Counted from the first letter of the whole stretch, positions 11,951 to 24,558 are shown. The stretch is 63,099 nt of DNA, filler included, from Reticulomyxa filosa (GCA_000512085.1; 19 parts of 19 records of this genome joined end to end with filler, not necessarily neighbours in it); one strand, 5' to 3'. The notes: a model not told the origin generated them from the letters alone. Translations and numbers: made by a program.

Positions 11951-14013
11951 ATGCGCAACTTGCCAACGGTGATGCAAGAGGTCGGCCAAGGGAATGCTCC
12001 CACGTACGTTGGATTGAAACCGGAAAATGAAAAATCGAAAATCGCAATGGGAGTCGATCCAAAGGCTTTTTACAACTTGCATTCCTCACGAACCTCGAAA
12101 ATCCACTTTTCCATGGATGACGAAGTCCATTTCGAAAGTGACAAAGATAATGACAGCGCTGGGTCAATACCTAAGACTAGACTTCAATTTCCACGTGAGT
12201 CTGAAGATGACTTTAGCATCGACCATGCCAATAAAGTTTATATATAAGGAGGGAGGGAGGGAGGGAGGGGATAGTTTTTTAAAAAGTTCAATAAATTTTT
12301 TTTTAAAAAAAAAAAAGGGGAAACTGGATGAAGACAGCGATGAAGGGAGCGAGGAGCTGGACTTTGGAGACGGAGAAGCGAAAGAGATGATGAATGAGAT
12401 GGTGACATTGGCACGCCGAATGACAACGAATGTAACGGGGAATGACGGTGGAGACTCTGCCAACAATGATGGCCTGATGAATCATATGTGGAATAGCTTT
12501 CTATCGTTTCGACAAGCCATGGAAAAACCTCCCAACGCCCCTTCAGTATATAAAGTACAAGACAGTTCCCATGGATTCACCGCGCTGCGAGACCTGCTCG
12601 ATGCCTTCCCAAGCGAACTGGCCCAGCCCATATTTGAAGAGCAATGAACAACCCCACGACATATTCGAGAATCCTTTTGCAACGAGGCTGTTGGCCTATT
12701 GTCCGCTTTTCTGGTGATCGACATGTTGCTATTACTCAATCTGTGATTTTGATCAAGTCATTGAGTGTTTACAAGTTGCGTTCATATACGTACTACATAT
12801 TTATATAATTTATATATTTGTATAATTTATTACTTTTTTTACATTAGCTTTATATATATAATACCATTTGTTTATTTACACATTTTTCGCACGCGTGTAC
12901 GTACATGTATATGTATACGTATATATATTATATGTAAAAGAAATACATGAATATTACAAGCGGACGTCGGCTGACAGGTATATTGGATCCTCAAAACACA
13001 ACCGGGTATCGTCTGCATCAAGTGACGGCAGTGATTCGTGATCGTAATGAGGCGAAGCACGGCGTGACGGCATTGAGCTATCGAATCGGTCGATTGTGGA
13101 CGCCGAAATTAAACCCGATCCACGACGCCATTGACTTTTGGTCGAATTTGGATAAACCTGCGTCGATGCTGTTACTGGGTCCGAACACTGCTGAAAAGGC
13201 GGCCATGACGAGGGAACTGACCCGGATCATTAGCGAACGTGCAAGAACTGCTTTGGTCGACACGAGATCCACCATTGCCGGCTTTGGAGATTGTCCATTG
13301 GAGTGTGGCACTGCTGTCCGCTTTTATGTTAATCACGTCGGAAATCAACACCAAGTCATTGATCAAACACGCTCGATTTATCCACAAGTCGTTGTTGTCA
13401 GTGAAGCACTGAGTGAGGAGGACATCAAAGTCCTGTCCAAATTGCAAAGCGAAGGAATTAGTGTCATTGTTGGCACGAACATGCACTCTTTACCCTCTTT
13501 ATTGGGACATGAAACTTTTAGCAAATTATTGCCACTACAAAATCGATTGGAAAATGTTCAACCAAAACCAAACATAAGAAATCCGATGACGCTGTGTCAT
13601 CTTCCACCTCCAACATGTATGCCGCTTTGATGTCACCTCATTTGGTCATTTTGGAATTAAATTATACTGCTTCCAAATTGAGAGTTTATAAAAACATTCC
13701 TGACGCTGTTCGAGCCGTTAAAGACAATATCGAGCCCAAATGCGATACCGTCTCACTTCGATGGGGACAGTTTGATCATTCCACGGGCACCGCCAAAATG
13801 ACTCGCGCATTGCATCGTCGTGATACCAGTAAAGCCTTGGGCGCTTTGATGCAACAAACTTTGTCCGGCTCCAAACACAATCCTCCACCTGCTATCAGCG
13901 AAGCCAAAGAAGAAGATTATGAAGTTCCTGCTGCCACTCACCAGGCCACTCAATCTCAAAGTGTTAGTATTAGCCATTCCAAATCACAATTGGCTTCACC
14001 TAATACTACGTAA
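11951..14013 (+). CDS. Ycf45/SpoIIIAA-like AAA+ protein with degenerate Walker motifs; apparent frame breaks at ~12630-12670 and ~13620
   Basis: LHQVTAVIRDRN..GVTALSYRIGR, SMLLLGPNTAEKAAMTRELTRII, LVDTRSTIAGFGDCP and QHQVI..PQVVVVSE..EGISVI parallel the Ycf45 motif order. The first intron is 12236-12317. Confidence 0.7.
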
Positions 14014-14342
14014 TAACTTCTTCTTTTTTTGTTTGTTATGATTCCTTTTTTCCCACCCTTTTTTAATATCGTTTGCCCTTTTGAGAACGTATTTTTTGCT
14101 TGAGATATTCTCAAAATATTTGTGTTGTGTGTATAATGTAATTTGAGCATTGCTAGATTTTGCCTTTGTTGTCCACATTTTTGCACGATTTTTTCATTTG
14201 CATCAATATTTGAGTGTTTTATAAAACTTATGAAAAAAAAAGATAAATGGTCTCTCCCTACAAAATGTCCACAAATTCAAACTAAGAAACCACAATCTTT
14301 TTCCTCTCCTCCTAAAAGAATTAAAACAAATAGTAATCAGTT

Positions 14343-16084
14343 TCACTCCTTTTCTAATGAAAACACAAAGAGTCTTGGAATACGATCTCCTGATCGTCTT
14401 TTGCTCTTGGTCATGATTTGCACATATTCTTTTGGACATCTATTGAAATAGTTCGATTTACCAATTCCAATTTCTTCAATTTCAATCGCAGAATAGCCAA
14501 ATTTTTCAAAAAACGTTTCTGGCATGTCCAAGCCGAATTTTGTATCTATTGATTATTTTTGGAAAATAAAGGACTTTCAGGACAACAAAAAAAACATATA
14601 TACACATATAATATGCACATACCTTGGGCATATTTTGTCCATACTTTACGAACATACTCCAGTCGCGTATTGGCAACATTTGGGACATCACCAATAATGA
14701 TACTTTCGCTTTCCAATTGCACCTTATGTTGCAATTCAGAAAACAATTTTGTAACTAAGTCATTACTTAAATACACAAGCAATCCCTCTATAACAATAAT
14801 GGATTTCTTCTTAGGATCGAACCCTTCATTGCACAGTGCACTACTCCATCCCGGTTGAGAAATATTACAAGCGATTTCTTTTACAACAATACGCTCTTCA
14901 CGATCTTTGGCATCGTTCCAAGGTAATGAATTGCGTACTTGTGCAAATACTTTGGAACGATAGCGAATGACATCTTCGTGATCTATATAATAAACATGCA
15001 GGCCCACCGGAAGTTTTGGCAAACGATAGGCACGACTATCTCCGCCAGCACCTAAAAAAACCAATTGCTTGAGGTTCCTGTCCTCATGCAAGCAAGAAAC
15101 GATACTATCATCAATAAATTTTGTGCGAAAGGCGACAAATGTGCTCAAATATTCCGGAGTAGAACGTAAATCTACCGAAATTTTTCGTAAAAATTCTTCG
15201 CCATATCTTCCAGCAAATGCTTTTGCATAAGGGTCATATATAATGCGATCTGTTCCTGCGCGTTGACTTTCATGTGCGCGTGCAGCAGCTGTGTAAATTC
15301 TTGTTTTCCCCAATAGTGACAATTTGCTTGCATCGTTCTCATCTATCGAATCACTTAGAGTTGGTAATTTATTTGGCGGTGATGCTGGAATGAAATTTTC
15401 CTCGAATGTCTCCAATTTTTTTTCTTGCACAATTTATATATATATATGTATATTAAAAAAAAAAAAAATCAACCGTCGTTATACTTCAAATATTACTTGA
15501 TGAGATTTTTTTGACCTTCTTCAACAATGACAAAACACGCACACAAAAAAAAAAAAAAAAGAACCTTCGATGGTTGATGCACTAGATTGCAATAGGTCCG
15601 CCTTTATCTCTTGTAATTGCATTCGAACATATGTCCGAAATTCAACTCCATTGTCTACTGCTGACTCAACCAACAGGTTTTTTTTTGATCTTTTTGTTTT
15701 TATTATTTGTGTTCATGTATGGGCTTATTCTTAAATGTGGGATGAATTTAATATATGTGTATATGTAAAAGAAATACTTTCTATTGATTTCCTGACTGAA
15801 AGGAAAAAACCGAGTCCATTTTGGTTAAAAGAGAGGAAGAAAAAAAAGACCTGAGTCAACGTGTCTTTGGTATGTTGCAATGATTGAACCATATCTTGGA
15901 TGGCATTTTGTTGAGTGGAAATAACTTGTTGATCTTTCAGTACTTCTTCCTTTACTTTCGTAAGCTTGCTTTGCAGGGATGCATTGTTTTTTATTGCGAT
16001 ATCAGCCTCCAGTGCCTGAAATAAAGCTGCCAACGCTTCTTCTGTTTCTTTTCCACGAGCTTCTATTTTCAAGTGCCTCGACAT
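14343..16084 (-). CDS. N-terminal coiled-coil module fused to LCM-family (leucine carboxyl methyltransferase-like) SAM-dependent methyltransferase
   Basis: Exons 16084-15851, 15689-15565, 15423-14623 and 14545-14343. Phases are consistent except for one extra A in an A9 run at 15678-15686. MTase motifs are AAARAHES, DPYAKAF, RTKFIDD, QLVFLGAGGDSRAYRL and IEGLLVYL. Confidence 0.8.
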
Positions 16085-16347
16085 GTTCAAATGTTTTCTT
16101 TTTAAAAAAAAAGGGGAATAAATTTTGTTTAAAAAAGCGCTGCAAACATTTTCGCCTGTTTATTTAAACAAAATAATGCGTGTGTTTTGTTCATTTTGAA
16201 TTAGTTTTTATCATTCCGTCACTTTAATTATACTAGGTAATGATTGTTTAAGTATGCTTAAACCATGTGCGAAACTTCCAACCATTAAAAAGAAAAAACG
16301 ATGTTTTCAAAATTGCATTAAACATTTATTTTTTATAAAAATAAATA

Positions 16348-17085
16348 TCAAATTTGGTTTTTTAAAAAAAAGAACCGTTGAGAAAATAATGTCAAAAAAT
16401 TTCTATTGGAAGATGTCGTTGATATATTTTTTACGAAAAGAAGCGCTTTGTTTTTTTTATCATTGACTTGTTCAATATCATTTTGTTTCATAACACGAAT
16501 AACCTCGCGTTTGCTTGTTTCTTGAACTTGCCCGACCAACACTATTTCATCTAACATGTAATGTGCATATTCACGCATCGATTATTCCATACGCACACAG
16601 CGAGACAATATAACGAAAGTTTTGACAAGCAATATGCACAGAATGTATATATTATGAAACCTTATCAAAATTGAAGATAAGTCCAATTCACAAACGTTTC
16701 CAAAGTAACTATCAAGTACTCCTACATATCGATGAATCAACTTCATTGCCAATATTTCATTGTCTTTATCATCAATGCACATCACAAAATACAACGATGC
16801 ATATCTACGTCATTGTTTTTTTGATTGTAAGTAAGTTTGCTATCCTTTTTCCAATCTTTCACACATAACAATAAAAGGATGGAATAAAAGCGCACCTTTT
16901 GTAAACCAAAATGTATTCACGCCATTGCAAAAAATTACACTTGTTTTTTCTCGTGAGGTAACCATGTGCCCAGTCTCTCTTAACTTTTTGTTTCTATTTT
17001 AGCGTGAAACCGGAAATGAACCATTTCGTCAGTCGTGTGTTTTGAAGTATCATAAAACGGATTTATGCGATCAAAACAAGACAGG
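16348..17085 (-). pseudogene. Adaptor-protein complex sigma (small) subunit, AP-1-like, with several frameshifts/stops
   Basis: TRLTKWF, RYASLYFVMCIDDKDNE..IHRYVGVLDSYFGNVCELDL and AHYMLDEIVLVGQVQETSK are spread over different frames. Either a pseudogene or low-quality sequence. Confidence 0.75.
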
Positions 17086-17490
17086 GCTGAGCAATTTTTA
17101 GTTGACGATATGATTTCTGCAAGACTTTAGTATATACACATATAATCTAGAAAAAGGAGCTTATTCTTACACCAGAAAATCGATCAAGATTATTTTTTTT
17201 TGTAAGAAGATAAACTGTACAAATCCGAATTTCACAACAAATAAACTTGAAATTTTTGAACAAATTCATAGTGATCACAGCAAAAAAAAAAAGGATCGGC
17301 CTAGAATTTAGTCATTGGAAGCGATATCGCGTACAAGAATTCTGGAGGAAAAAAAGACTCTTCCGTTACTGAACTAACAGGGAAATTCCACCCCTTCCCT
17401 TTTCCACCTAAAAAAAAAAAGCAGTGTAAATGTTTCCGACATATGAAACAATAGAAAAAAAGAAAAAAATCATTCTGTTGCCCCATGTAA

Positions 17491-18750
17491 TCACATTGCA
17501 TCACATCTCAATTCAACGATTTGCGTATGAATATCTTCTGAGATGATAGTGGCTGTCCATGCGTCGGCCACGTGCAAAGGGTCCTTTCCACGTGAACGAG
17601 AAAACAAAGTTTCATTTTCAGCCTTGTAAGGTGAGATCCATTTCACATTACAACTGCGAATATGAGGGCTCGTACGCATAGAAGGATGAAACTGGAGAAT
17701 ACATCCACACTCGCCTCGATAGAATTCGGCGACTTGTCTGTCACAAGATGTGCTAATATAATTGATGAAATAGCCTTCTTTGATAGCACTGACATCTTGT
17801 AGCCGCACCTCATTTAGCCCACAATACAAATAAAAATCGCAGTCTTGTTTTTTTTCATATTTGGACAGCAGTTCAATAGCTTCACTCAAGCACCAGTCCA
17901 GCCATTTCCATTTTTTATATTTCCTTTGCAATTGATCTCTCCCAAATTCTACATTGCATGATCTCCCACAATATAAGAGCAATGCACAGATATGATAAGG
18001 TTGCAATGGGAAATTCATTTGTTCATGTTCCTTACAGAAATAGAGTCTCTTAATATTCCCCAAAATATTGAGTCTTTCTTCGTTCAATACAAGAGTTTCA
18101 TATCTGTTTTGCTCATATTGTATTTCCTTTTTGATCTCTGCATTTTTGCGCTCAATCTTATGTTTGTTCGTTGACACGTAATCTGTCAAGTCATTTAAAT
18201 ATCCATTTTTAATAATTTCATGTAATAACGCTTTCAAAATGTCCACACTCGGAATAAAAAAAGCTGGCTCGATTTCTTTCACATATCTCAATAACACATT
18301 TGTGGACTCAAGTTTGTACGTCTCATCACTGTCCCTTTCATACAAAAACGGCGCACAACAAGTTGTGCCCGAGAATTTATTTTCCTTTGCTTTGTAGCAA
18401 GGTCGTGTATCCACTATCTGTTGTCTATATCGGACAGGGAGCATCAAGCGTCTTGGTGCATGCCACTTCGAATGGATTGTCCATTCCACAATACAATCTG
18501 ACACATTGCACTCGTGCGAATAAAAGGCCTCCAATTGTGTGTCTGCATGCTTCTGGAACGTATTCTCTCCAAGTGCAGGCACACATTCGGAGCCAATCAA
18601 TTCAAACTCCGTACACTCCTCACATCCATCCAATACTTTTTTTTGCATTCGGACCTGTCCACTCAATTTTTCGAAAGCCTGCTTCAATGTGGTTTGTCTC
18701 GGGTCGACACAAATGCACGTTCTTATCTTTGCATTCTTATCATGTAACAC
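17491..18750 (-). CDS. Mono-ADP-ribosyltransferase (R-S-E clade)-domain protein; 5' end uncertain
   Basis: ALLLYCG helix motif, LYCGL (canonical LYRG), YISTSCDRQVA (STS motif, 17746-17754), GCILQF and VKWISPYKAENETLF (ExE, 17611-17619). Confidence 0.75.
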   Translation of the reverse strand: MLHDKNAKIRTCICVDPRQTTLKQAFEKLSGQVRMQKKVLDGCEECTEFELIGSECVPALGENTFQKHADTQLEAFYSHECNVSDCIVEWTIHSKWHAPRRLMLPVRYRQQIVDTRPCYKAKENKFSGTTCCAPFLYERDSDETYKLESTNVLLRYVKEIEPAFFIPSVDILKALLHEIIKNGYLNDLTDYVSTNKHKIERKNAEIKKEIQYEQNRYETLVLNEERLNILGNIKRLYFCKEHEQMNFPLQPYHICALLLYCGRSCNVEFGRDQLQRKYKKWKWLDWCLSEAIELLSKYEKKQDCDFYLYCGLNEVRLQDVSAIKEGYFINYISTSCDRQVAEFYRGECGCILQFHPSMRTSPHIRSCNVKWISPYKAENETLFSRSRGKDPLHVADAWTATIISEDIHTQIVELRCDAM

Positions 18751-18816
18751 TATAACAAATCCTTGACGACTCTATTTTAATTTTGCAAAAAGTATAATAT
18801 ATTTCACCCTCTTTTT

Positions 18817-18847
<31 letters not shown>

Positions 18848-18973
18848 NNNNNNNNNNNNNNNNNNNNNNNNNNNNNNNNNNNNNNNNNNNNTTAATTAAT
18901 TAANNNNNNNNNNNNNNNNNNNNNNNNNNNNNNNNNNNNNNNNNNNNTTTTTGCATGTTTCTTGTTACAATTA

Positions 18974-19265
18974 GACTTGGGATTTTCAAAGTGCAAAACT
19001 AATAAACTCTGTTACTTGGAGCCCTGCACCCATGATTTATTGTTGCCAATATTCGTCTGACTGTGAGAACATAATTGCCGCTGGTGGATCAGGGTTGAAC
19101 TGTCTTCGACTCATTGACGTCAAAACTGGAGCCAAAAGTCCTGCTGTCTCACTTTTTGACAAAAAAGGTATTTACGCTTTAGACTTTGATCCAACCGGAA
19201 ATTATGTCGCATTTGCTGGAGCATCGAGTTTAATTAGTTTGTACACTTTGAAACATTCGAAATAA
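18974..19265 (+). CDS. WD40 protein, last exon
   Basis: After an AG acceptor: TWDFQSAKLI..IYCCQYS..IAAGGSG..LRLID..IYALDFDPTGNYVAFAG. Confidence 0.7.
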
Positions 19266-20487
19266 TAGTGACACATTTTTACAATTAAGTCGTGTTTCCT
19301 TTAAGGAAAACTCGACAAACAACAAAGAAGTGTTTTTTTAAATATCTAATTTTGGTTTCGTTAAATTGTGATACGGTTTTGTTGCAATTTTTAAAAAATT
19401 TTGTTTGAACCTACCAAGTAATTGCTGTCTGTGGAGATTTACTGTCCTGCAATACAATTCAAAAATTACACTGTTAAATAATCTCATAAATATTTTATGA
19501 AATATCAAAATTTCTGACAAATTTGATATCTGCTACTTCATCAAATATTACAAACTTTTGAAAATGCCCTATTGTACGATACAATCAGCTCTAGCAATAA
19601 TGACTGGAAGGTTCCAGTTTTTTAATATGCTTTAGTTTTGATATTCTGTCTTTGATCATTCAAAACAATACTAACATTTAAACAACATTATATTATAACT
19701 GCTCACCATTCGCAAAAACAATCAAAGCATCTCATTTAAACAAATAATTAACTGTCAATTGTTTTTTGTTGCAAAGGAACCCCTACAGACCCTGTATGTT
19801 TACTTATGAAAACAATATTTTTTAAGTTTTTAAACATGTAAATGTCTTTTGAAGTTAAGAAAAACACAAAATAAAACGTGCGATATTTTAAACTTTTAAA
19901 CCAGAGCGAACAATTAACTTTTTCAAATTTTCAAAAAATAAAAAAATAAGCGATTTTTTCACGTTTTTCTAACGTTTATTAAGATCAATGCATTTTTGGA
20001 TTCTCTAATATGCGTAGATATACTTGTTACAATAAATGGAGGTCTTATATTAATAGCATACAAGATATTATATCGGAAACATTTCTGATTTTGAGAAAAA
20101 GAATTTACTATTTTATTGTGAACTCCCACCAGAATATTTGCATGCTGTATAGTAAATGGAAAAATACAAGGGCATATAAACTTGCAAACCTTCTCGGTTG
20201 TATAATGATACATGTTATTAAAACAAAAATCCTCACGGTTTAGCATATTGGCACTGCTTTTTTTCAAATAAAACAAATTTGTTGAAATTTGGGCACCAAA
20301 AATGATAAAAAGGGATATGAAAGTGAAAAGATAAAAACAAAAATAAGCCCTCCAAAGTGGAAAAAGGATAACCACAAAGTTTATTAAAAGCGTAAAATTC
20401 ATTACACTTATGGTGATGAAATGTGTTGGCATTTATTGTCGTCATTGAAAAAAGGACATAAAACAATATCTCCAAAAAAATTGCGTT

Positions 20488-20963
20488 CTATTTCTGTTTT
20501 ATTTGCAACAGTTCTGCTTTTAAGTTTTGCAGATATTTGCGAATAAGTCCACGGAACTCATCATCACTAGTCGATGCAGATTCGACCAGTGTCTCTTTTT
20601 TTATCTGTGTTTAGTTATTTTATTTGTTTTTTGTTTATTTTTCGTGTCAAGATTTCAATGGAAAATTCCTAAGTTTTTTCTTGAACCAATCCAAACCTGT
20701 TGTAAACTATTTTTTGCTTCTTTCAACGAACTCATAAGATCATCAATGATTTTTTTTTGATACGCAATTGTTCCTTGATCCTTCACCGCTTCTTCTTTAA
20801 TTAATAAAAGCTTTGCACGTAGTGTTTCTTTCCAGTCTTCGGACACTGGTTCATGTGTGTGGGTTGACGTTTGACTCACTGTTCGATTAAGTGCCGCCAA
20901 TGATCTTTCTATTTCTTTTGCACGATATTCAAATGCCAGCAAATCTAAATCAGGAGACGCCAT
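20488..20963 (-). CDS. Small two-exon coiled-coil protein, paralogue of the N-terminus of the 14343-16084 methyltransferase
   Basis: Exon 1 MASPDL..EYRAKEIERSLAAL..KEEAVKDQ..SLQQ|GT; exon 2 IKKETLVESASTSDDEFRGLIRKYLQNLKAELLQIKQK*. Same intron position as the fused copy. Confidence 0.75.
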
Positions 20964-21854
20964 TTTTTCCTAATTTCACTGCCTGTAAAAAGATCAAATA
21001 GATTTGAAAGGGGGAGAAAAAAGCAACTGAGTTTAGGGACAGTCAGTTTATCCATTCTAAACGCCAAAAAAGAGTTTGAGTTTTTAAAAAAGACAAGGAA
21101 AGAGGATTACTTTAAGAAGTAATTAAATCTAATCCTTTTCAAAATTAAAATATAATATTGATGTAAGTAATAAAAAAAGAAATCATAACCTTTAAAGGTA
21201 GAATCACGTTTTAACAAATTTCGTTTAGTCTTTTCATCAATTACAACGTTTTATTTTGATAATATGTCTACTTGAGAAAATTTGCTTTTTGATAAATTTA
21301 ATAAAATTGTTTGTATCAAATTGAAAAAGGAAAGCCTTCCTTAGCAAACTTTTAAGTGCTAAAAAAAGCTGAAAGGTAGAGTGCCACCTTACAAGAGAAA
21401 TAATTTCCAAAAAGGCTCCAAAAAAAATTTTTTCAAATTTGGTTGGTAGCTCGAAAGTTCTTCAATTTGCTGTTCTAACCTTAGGCTGGTCGTATGTACC
21501 ACTATTTGTTTTTCGATTAGCCGATGAACATGAAAATTTTTGAAAAAAGGTATAGTTCTGTTTTATATGATATTTTCTCGAAGAATGAAAAAAAGAAATA
21601 GACTGTCATTGAGAGTCAAAGCAGTTGCTGAAATTTAAAAAATAAATGAAAACAAAATTGCAATAAAACGATCCAAATGAAAAGTGAATCAAAAGAAGAT
21701 TTTCCGTTGTTTATTGCAAAAAAAAAAAAACTGCTTTATTTTTTGTGTGCAAGGGGACACACAAATTAAATTCAATAACCTGTTTTGCAAGAGAAGACAT
21801 CTCAATCATCACAGCATCTTTTCTCGTAAAAATTTTTAAAAAACAGGCCAAAAG

Positions 21855-22228
21855 TTAATTGGAAATGGCTTCGGAAACATCGCGTGGCAATTCTACAATT
21901 TTAGTATGATAAAATTGCTCAATTTCCAACAATTGTCCTTCATCCTCGTTGGTGACAAGATTGATAGAGGCGCCTTTACGGCCAAAGCGACCACTTCGAC
22001 CAATGCGATGAATGTAATTTTCACGATTGGTCGGCAAGTCGTAATTGATAACCAAAGACACACTGTGCACGTCAATGCCACGAGCCAATAAATCAGTGGT
22101 AATCAACACACGGGTGCTTCCTGATCGAAACTCTTTCATTATCATTTCACGGTCTTTTTGATCCATGTCTCCGTGCATTGCACTCACTGTGAAATCGCGT
22201 TGAATCATTTGATCGGTCAACCAATTCA

Positions 22229-22229
<1 letters not shown>
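21855..22229 (-). CDS. eIF4A: Eukaryotic initiation factor 4A DEAD-box helicase, C-terminal part
   Basis: [61 protein letters not shown]. Confidence 0.95.
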
Positions 22230-22264
<35 letters not shown>

Positions 22265-23052
22265 NNNNNNNNNNNNNNNNNNNNNNNNNNNNNNNNNNNN
22301 NNNNNNNNTTAATTAATTAANNNNNNNNNNNNNNNNNNNNNNNNNNNNNNNNNNNNNNNNNNNNAAATTTGAAACTTTTTGTTAAAGAATAAAATTGATA
22401 AAATTATCATTTTTTTTTCAATCATGAATGAAATATTTTAGAGTCATAACAAATTGATATTAAACTGAGTAACCAAATTCTGCAAACTTTTAGAGATTAT
22501 TCATTATCTTGTGGATCTGTTTATTGATTGTGAATCCATAAAGAGTAACAGTCACTATTTTAAAAAAACGATGGAGTCATTTCTACTGTTTAGAGAGTAA
22601 TCTTTTTCTCATTTTCAAAAAAAAGCGTGTGTAAATTGTACACGTTAGTTGAAAAATGAAATAAAAAATAGAAACGATATTTTAAACTTTTTAGATAGAG
22701 AAAATGGATTATCAGTACAAAGTACCATTTAACTCGTTCACTTTTTTTCTAGTTTTTTTGAAATCGCATTCCCTTCACGGAAGCATCATTTGTGATTATC
22801 TAAATCGCTATGAAACTGTATGTCGAGTTGTTCCAACTCTTCGCCTCATCGCTTTTTGTCACTCTTTCGTAACATTTTTTAAAGAGACATATATCAAGGA
22901 CTAAAATAGACTAAACAATGTGAAGAAAAGTATTAACAAGACAAACTGACAAATAAAAATGCTTCCGAATTACATTTTAAAAAAATAGGAGATGAAATCT
23001 TGACCTTTTTGATGTGTTTGATATATATTAAAAAAAATAAATGTTAGCAAAA

Positions 23053-24558
23053 TTATTTTATCCCCCACAAACGAATGGGACCATCTCTTGAGCCAGAACA
23101 TAATGTATAATTGTAACTGCTTTTACTGTTTGGCGTCTTTTCATTGTTTTGTGACTTTGCAAGTTGAAGACACACTACGCCATGGTCATCATCAACCCCT
23201 TTCGTCACATGTAATTGTTTGTTTGTTCGAACGTCCCAAAAACGAATTGTATTGTCACTTGATCCAGAGCATATAAGATGTGCACAATCAACCCCAACGA
23301 AATGATTTGTGCATTTGGACGAGGAATATTCAACGCAAAGGATATATCCTGTATGTCCTTTGAACACATGAATTACCTTTCCAGACCTAATGTCCCATAA
23401 GCGAATAGTTTTGTCATGTGACCCAGAGCATAAGGTAGCCCCACTACCATTGACACCCGTTCCATAGGGCGCATACTTTACACTTCTCACCCAGTCTTCA
23501 TGTCCTTTGAAAGCAGACAGTTTTTTGTTTGTTTCAATATCCCACAAGCGAATACTCTTGTCATCAGACCCAGAGCAAATGGTATATCCACTGCCACCAA
23601 TCGCGCCCATGTTCGTATTGTCATTACCAATGTTACTTTGCAAAGGTGAAAATTCAACACACCAAATGCCTTTTCTATGTCCATTGAAAGTATGCAATGA
23701 TTTGGAAGTTTCAGCATCCCACAATCCAATAGTTTTATCAGCCGCTCCAGAACACAAATATCGCCCACCATTGAATGATGAAAACTGAATTCCATAAACA
23801 GGGCCTGTATGTCCATGGAGCACTTGGAATTCTTTGGCAGTTTCAAAATCCCAAAAACGAATGTTGGCGTCATGTGACGAAGAGCATACAATGGGACAAT
23901 AATAACCAGTGTCATTATATTGCTGTTGATGATATGGCGAAAATCTCACCGAATACACATAACTGGAATAGTTGTTAAAAATTTGAATTTGTTTTGTGGT
24001 TTCCACATCCCATAGCCGAATAGTGCAATCCCCTGATCCAGAACAAAGATATCGACCACTATCAAAGGTTGAGCATTGCACACTCCACACAACATCCAAA
24101 TGCCCAGAAAAAGTCTTCCGCAATTTGGTGCCACGAACCAATTCATCTGTAAGAGCGGAAGAGCAACCAGAGCGAGAAGACGAAAAAAAAGAAGAAGATG
24201 AAGAAGAAGAGGAATGAGAATGCGAAGGAGAAACTGGGACGTCACTGTTGTGATCTTCCTTTTGCTCCTCACTGCTCATGACAGTGGCGAGTCGCATCAG
24301 TGTGTTATAATCATCACCAAGCTTCTCCTTGTTTTTTTGCAAGATGGTGCAAAATTGCTTTCCTTTTTCAACACAATCGTGTATGATAGACCGAAGCTGC
24401 AGCACTTGCTGTTGTATCTTTTGCAATTCTTTTTCTTTCGTTTGAATAATCTCCTGGTATCTCCTCGTCTCTTCTTTCATACCCTCAATCACATTCATTT
24501 TCCCATCTATTTCTTTTTGCAATATGTCAACGTCAGTATTGGAATTCTGCTGTGTCAC
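23053..24558 (-). CDS. Coiled-coil + WD40-repeat protein (ICSGS subfamily); 5' truncated
   Basis: N-terminal heptads and a Ser-rich linker precede about seven GH..CSGS.D.TIRLWD repeats. Intact 501-aa frame. Confidence 0.9.
   Translation of the reverse strand: MTQQNSNTDVDILQKEIDGKMNVIEGMKEETRRYQEIIQTKEKELQKIQQQVLQLRSIIHDCVEKGKQFCTILQKNKEKLGDDYNTLMRLATVMSSEEQKEDHNSDVPVSPSHSHSSSSSSSSFFSSSRSGCSSALTDELVRGTKLRKTFSGHLDVVWSVQCSTFDSGRYLCSGSGDCTIRLWDVETTKQIQIFNNYSSYVYSVRFSPYHQQQYNDTGYYCPIVCSSSHDANIRFWDFETAKEFQVLHGHTGPVYGIQFSSFNGGRYLCSGAADKTIGLWDAETSKSLHTFNGHRKGIWCVEFSPLQSNIGNDNTNMGAIGGSGYTICSGSDDKSIRLWDIETNKKLSAFKGHEDWVRSVKYAPYGTGVNGSGATLCSGSHDKTIRLWDIRSGKVIHVFKGHTGYILCVEYSSSKCTNHFVGVDCAHLICSGSSDNTIRFWDVRTNKQLHVTKGVDDDHGVVCLQLAKSQNNEKTPNSKSSYNYTLCSGSRDGPIRLWGIK

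Noticed and set aside
19959-20475. Overlapping ORFs on both strands
   Set aside because: F/I/L/K-rich chance frames with no recognisable motif.
23487-23915. Alternative-frame and antisense ORFs inside WD40 genes (also 33355, 38294, 42767, 45655, 61290)
   Set aside because: They are recurrent shadows of repeat codon patterns, not independent genes.
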